A stretch of 24,426 bases of DNA from Meyerozyma guilliermondii (taxonomy: Eukaryota). Both the position numbers and the translations under genes were made by a program. The notes beneath the pieces were generated by a model, which did not search any database, was not told where the DNA came from, and saw only the letters and a program-made list of their open reading frames with translations. Numbering within the stretch: position 1 is the first letter of the stretch; each line of letters starts with the position of its first letter. Positions 19,507 through 24,426 of the stretch are shown in pieces. The stretch lies in NCBI GenBank assembly GCA_051546255.1, contig CP128821.1, positions 868,001-892,426 on the forward strand, in the 5' to 3' direction.

Positions 19507-21580
19507 ATGAGACTAAATGACCTACCATGTGAAATAATCACGCGCTGCTTCTCCTACTTGAGCACAGGTTTTCTTACCGATATATTACTATTGGAGAACA
19601 TTCCTGATAATATACTTGTGGCAGCAGCTAACAATCTCAATCATTTATGGCATTCAAATCGACTTAAAGACGCGGTAAAAATTGCGCGCCGTAGAGACGA
19701 TTATGAAACCAGTTTCGACCAGTATGACGATCATATTGGTTTCAGCCGGTACCACTATGAAACTGACTTTAACAGGTTCCGCCGCATACACAAGATCCTC
19801 GAAAAGAACTCCATCTCGCGTCCTCTTTGCTTCCATTATAAATGGGAATACGATTTCCAAATGCGTCGAGATCTCGATGAAATAAACTTGGCTTACCACG
19901 ACCAGAGTTCAGGCATACACTTTGACCTCAGTGACCTGTCGATTTCCTGTGTTCGTTTCTTCGCAGACGATGCTATCAATCTCAAGATCACCTGCCTCTC
20001 GTTGCGCAATTCTAGCAGTATCAATTTGAATAAGTTCCCGAAATTGGAGACTTTCTATGGCGATCATTGCAAAATAAGGGTTGACAACGACCACCCCAGC
20101 TTGAAGAACCTATATCTCAACTACCTGACTTTCAGCTCATTACCGATTAATTTGAAAAAGTTGGTTGCAAAATATTGCAGCATAAGGATGAAGGAAAACC
20201 ACCCAAGACTTGCTGCTCTCACAGTGTTGGCTCTAGAATACACACAAGAACCGTCTGACTGCTCGTCGCTACTACGCGTACTCTGGAACGAAAATTTGAA
20301 AACTTTTTCCTATATTGAGAAGTCTAATTATGGAGAAGTCACAAATGTGGAAGAGGTCATCTCCATGATTGGCCCCAATTTGATAGTTTTTTGGATTCTC
20401 CAGTTCGTCGCCTTCTAGGGTTTTTTCTATGATTCCTACACTGCTACGCACTTTGAACTTCAGGTATGTGTACACACCTTGGTCTGATGATCGTGACAAA
20501 CTGTACGATTTGACCGCTTTTACAAATATGACTTCCCTTACAATGGTGCTGCCACCGCGTCTGACCGACCCTTTGAAATTACCGCCCAACTTGCTCAAAC
20601 TTTCGATTTCGTGTACTCAGTTGCATAACAGAATCAGTTTTCCGCCTGGAATAGTTGACCTCGAGTTAAGCTATTGTGGCACTATGCTGACGGACGGCTG
20701 GCTACTACCAGCCCGATTGAAGCGACTTTCACTTCATCACAATGAACTCTCATCGTTCAATGCCGTACTTCATTGCTGTGAATACTTGAGCTTGGAAGGC
20801 AATCCTTTACAGGAACTTGAGATCGAAGCTCCCGTTCTTGAGCATATCGACTTGAGTTATACTTTGTTGACGTCAATTCCCAAACTTCCTGATAGTCTTC
20901 AAGCTCTTATCATCAGAAGCGAACTGCTAAAACTCTCCCCTATGTCTATATTGCCTTCGAGTTTAAAGCTTCTAGACCTCGCGGGAACTGAATGTGTAGC
21001 TCTTCCAGACTTGACATTTCCATCGTCATTAGAAGAGCTCTACCTCTGTGAAATCTACTTGTTACAAATGAGTGGAGTCAAATTTGCCAAAGGATCAAAA
21101 TTGAAAGAATTGAGTATGAGCAGTTGTGATTTGAAGACAATCGACGACAGAATGATCGAGCTACCCCTCGGCTTGAAATCCCTAGGATTGCATAGCAATC
21201 TCTTGAAAAACATCGATAAGCTCACCATTCCGCAAACAGTTACTTCATTAGAATTGGAATTTAATAATTTTGGATCATTGAAAGTTAAGTCCTATATTGA
21301 GACACTAAACCTTCGTGATAATTATCGATTATCAAGGCTGACGATACCAAAGAAGCTGGAGCTAAAGTTTCTTGACGTCGATCAAACTAGTATCAGAAAG
21401 TTTTCATTTGACATAATTGGAGCTAAGAGACTCACACAATTACGCCTGGATTCTACTGTTGAAGAGATTGACTTTTCCGAGATGCCAACCAATTTTCAAA
21501 TTTTGGAATATCATAGGCGCCGTGTAATTGAAGGACTCCACAATTATCCTAATACAAATATTTGGAGACCTTTGCGGTGA
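19507..21580 (+). pseudogene. F-box-like + leucine-rich-repeat gene, copy 3; one extra T in a T6 run at 20387-20392 (about 690 aa if restored)
   Basis: The ATG at 19507 (MRLNDLPCEIITRCFSYL) aligns with the copy 2 start. Removing one T gives ...GPNLIVFGFSSSSPSRVFSMIPT..., which matches copy 1 GPKVTSFGFSGSSFSRIPT and joins ORF 20429-21580 in frame. It may be a homopolymer sequencing error. Confidence 0.85.
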
Positions 21581-24009
21581 GTTTTCTTTCATTAGACCAG
21601 AGCACGAGAACAACAGCTAGCAGACCCCTCCAAAAATGAAAGGTACACGGTTCAGAGATTCTTTCATTTTCTCAAAGCTGAAAAAATTATCCAGCTGTGA
21701 TAAATCACGGATCCTGGCTATGAAACTCAGAATGTGGACATTTTCTCATTCGAAGACCTACAACTGCAAGCTGCGGATCTTCGAGGCACTTGAGATTATA
21801 GATGGGTATCAAAGCAATTACAAGCGAGTCTCTGCTCTCATACTCCAAAGTGAATTTCATGCTCTTGATCGGCTTTAGATGTTTTAGTTTTATGGGAAGT
21901 TTTGGAGTAATATGCTAAAGAGAGACGTGCAATGATGTTGAGTCGAAATGATGTTATTTTCGGTTTTTATGGCTGTCAGGGAATCTTTGAGAACTTTGGG
22001 TGGGAAGTGATGCAAGATGCACACTACTGCTTGGGAAATTGGTGGGAATTACCAACCTTAAGTGGACCTAATCAGCTGAGGAAAATTTTGCAGCCTCTGG
22101 TCCTGTACATAACGCTAGCCGGTCTAGCATCAAGTACCAATTCATACTCTTCATCTGGGCCAAGAACTGTAATCAATTCTACAGAAACCTGATGTCTGTG
22201 CTTGGAAGTACTCAAGGTTTCTCTTACAATTGAAACAATTTTGAAATTTTGCAAATAAATAGATAATTACGTTTGCAAGGTATGTAGATGACCCTCATTT
22301 TGATATGAAGAACATCCTCTGACACCAATATGAGTATATCCGACTTGAAATTGATATCTAACAATCTAATTTACAAAGTACAGTCAAAATTTGGTTGTTG
22401 ACCTTATCAAGATAATTGAAATCTATTCATGAATACTCAGAAATGAACCGTTTATCACCAAATCACTCAATTATTTAGAGATGATCACCTTTTGATATTT
22501 GCAACGGCTTACCATTCTCTCCATTACAAACATGAAGATTAGTGTCAAAGTGAACATTAGCGATATGAGAATCTTCTTGAATACACCGGAAGTATCCACA
22601 ACTCAACGTCGATATGGGTTCTTCCGAAGGTCAAGTTGCTATATGAGCTTGACAGTTCCACTAGTAGAAAGATTTGGTGACCAGTTCACTGACTTGGATA
22701 TCTCAGTCTATGAACGCGTAACGCAATATGTTGATAACAATTACTAGTAATGAACATTGAAAAGGGTCAATATTCACAACAGTTGGAATATACTAATTGC
22801 AAGTAGCTTCATTGAGCAGGCAATCCAACGAAAAGCGTACACCTTCTGTCCACAAATGTTACGGAACCATTGAAGTACCTGTCACAAACACAATTATATT
22901 TGGTACAAACAGAGATATTACAGGTTTTTAAGCAACAGTTTTATTAGCTCTATCTATTTATTTACAATGTCTATTGACTATCGATCATTTGCTCTCATTA
23001 GCTTGTGGCTATTAAGTAGTCTTAAACGTTTATATTTAGTAATACAACTGTTCATTTGCATGGAAATCATTTAGATCATAAAATAGCAAACTTGTCTGGC
23101 TATAGATTATTTTGGTTTTCTTGGTTAGCAATGTATGTTGTTCACTCCTAATACCTTTATTGAGCAGACAACTGCGCAATAAATGTACTCGAGCGAACTG
23201 GACCTCTTAGAGATAAAGAAAAAATCGCCACGCGATTTTGCAGCCATTTTATAGCCCTGGTGTACTGATGTAGTGTCCTGAATACAACATCCTGAGAGAG
23301 CAGAAGATCTTGAATGTAAAATATGGCTATGAGTTGGCTGATCTAGCCGGAGAAATCTAGGATGAGTTAAGGGTGTTTTACCACGACGAAGTTCAAGGAA
23401 CATACTCATATGCAGAGATTCTTTTGGTATCTACCTTTTGCAGCCAATAGAAAATCACTAAGGAGCATATATATCACCAATTCATTGTAGGGCCACTTTA
23501 ATGTGATTCAGTTTCAGGTTATAGCTACATAAAGTTTCTGCAAACCAGTCAAATGATAAGATAATTTTGAGAGTTTTCAGATCGAGAATGTAGCTTGAAT
23601 TTCAGACATATAAGCCTTACAAGATAGTCTCATCTAAGTTAAATATGAGCGAACACCTTTGAAACCCGAAATTGTGGTACGCTCCCGATTTTGACAGGTG
23701 TGTATTGATATGCATGGAAGCATTTGGATAAGAGAGGTGTCAAAAACCATGCATTGAAGTATCGTAAAAACTGACAACCTGCATAAAATCTGCATGATCC
23801 GAGCAGCGCGACATTTTTTTGAGAAGCCGAGCAAGAAGTTCCAGTATATTATCTTTAGTGATAATTTCTTATTTTTAGTTTCGAGTTGGACACTTAGTGA
23901 TAAAGAACAGACTGATGAGCCTAGCGAATGGGATTAACAGTCCAATTTGTTATGCGAACCTTCGTGTGCTATTATTTCTTTATAGGGCAGCCAATGCACT
24001 TTATGAACA

Positions 24010-24426
24010 GTGTACTGGTGTACTGGTGTACTGGTGTACTGGTGTACTGGTGTACTGGTGTACTGGTGTACTGGTGTACTGGTGTACTGGTGTACTGGTG
24101 TACTGGTGTACTGGTGTACTGGTGTACTGGTGTACTGGTGTACTGGTGTACTGGTGTACTGGTGTACTGGTGTACTGGTGTACTGGTGTACTGGTGTACT
24201 GGTGTACTGGTGTACTGGTGTACTGGTGTACTGGTGTACTGGTGTACTGGTGTACTGGTGTACTGGTGTACTGGTGTACTGGTGTACTGGTGTACTGGTG
24301 TACTGGTGTACTGGTGTACTGGTGTACTGGTGTACTGGTGTACTGGTGTACTGGTGTACTGGTGTACTGGTGTACTGGTGTACTGGTGTACTGGTGTACT
24401 GGTGTACTGGTGTACTGGTGTACTGA
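24010..24426 (+). repeat. Telomeric repeat tract (TGTACTGG)n, G-rich strand running to the chromosome end
   Basis: 51 perfect TGTACTGG units from 24011, then a final TGTACTGA at the window end. The unit is a permutation of ACTGGTGT, the telomere repeat known for Meyerozyma (Candida) guilliermondii. Confidence 0.97.

Noticed and set aside
23028..23038. 10/11 match to the S. cerevisiae ARS consensus in AT-rich subtelomeric DNA
   Set aside because: Near matches are frequent in AT-rich DNA, and this consensus is not established for CUG-clade origins.
24010..24426. 138-aa ORF (YWCTGVLV)n
   Set aside because: Translation of the stop-free telomeric repeat; not a gene.

Overview
This is the right-hand end of a budding-yeast chromosome. 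The window ends in about 52 copies of the 8-bp telomeric repeat TGTACTGG (= ACTGGTGT), the repeat described for Meyerozyma (Candida) guilliermondii. Internal codon evidence indicates the CUG-Ser genetic code. All recognisable genes are intronless and on the + strand, pointing to the telomere. In order they are: a compact sugar cluster (MFS sugar porter, Zn2Cys6 transcription factor, GH13 alpha-glucosidase), a cysteine-free secreted aspartyl protease, a short-chain dehydrogenase, a CYP52 alkane/fatty-acid P450, and a tandem array of three paralogous F-box-like + leucine-rich-repeat genes (one intact, two broken by single-base frameshifts). The most interesting signal is that array. Its LRR scaffold is conserved while the predicted concave-face positions vary between copies, the copies and their flanks look mosaic, and an internal 22-23-bp-period telomere/Rap1-like motif array lies just upstream. 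All calls come from reading the sequence; no searches were run.
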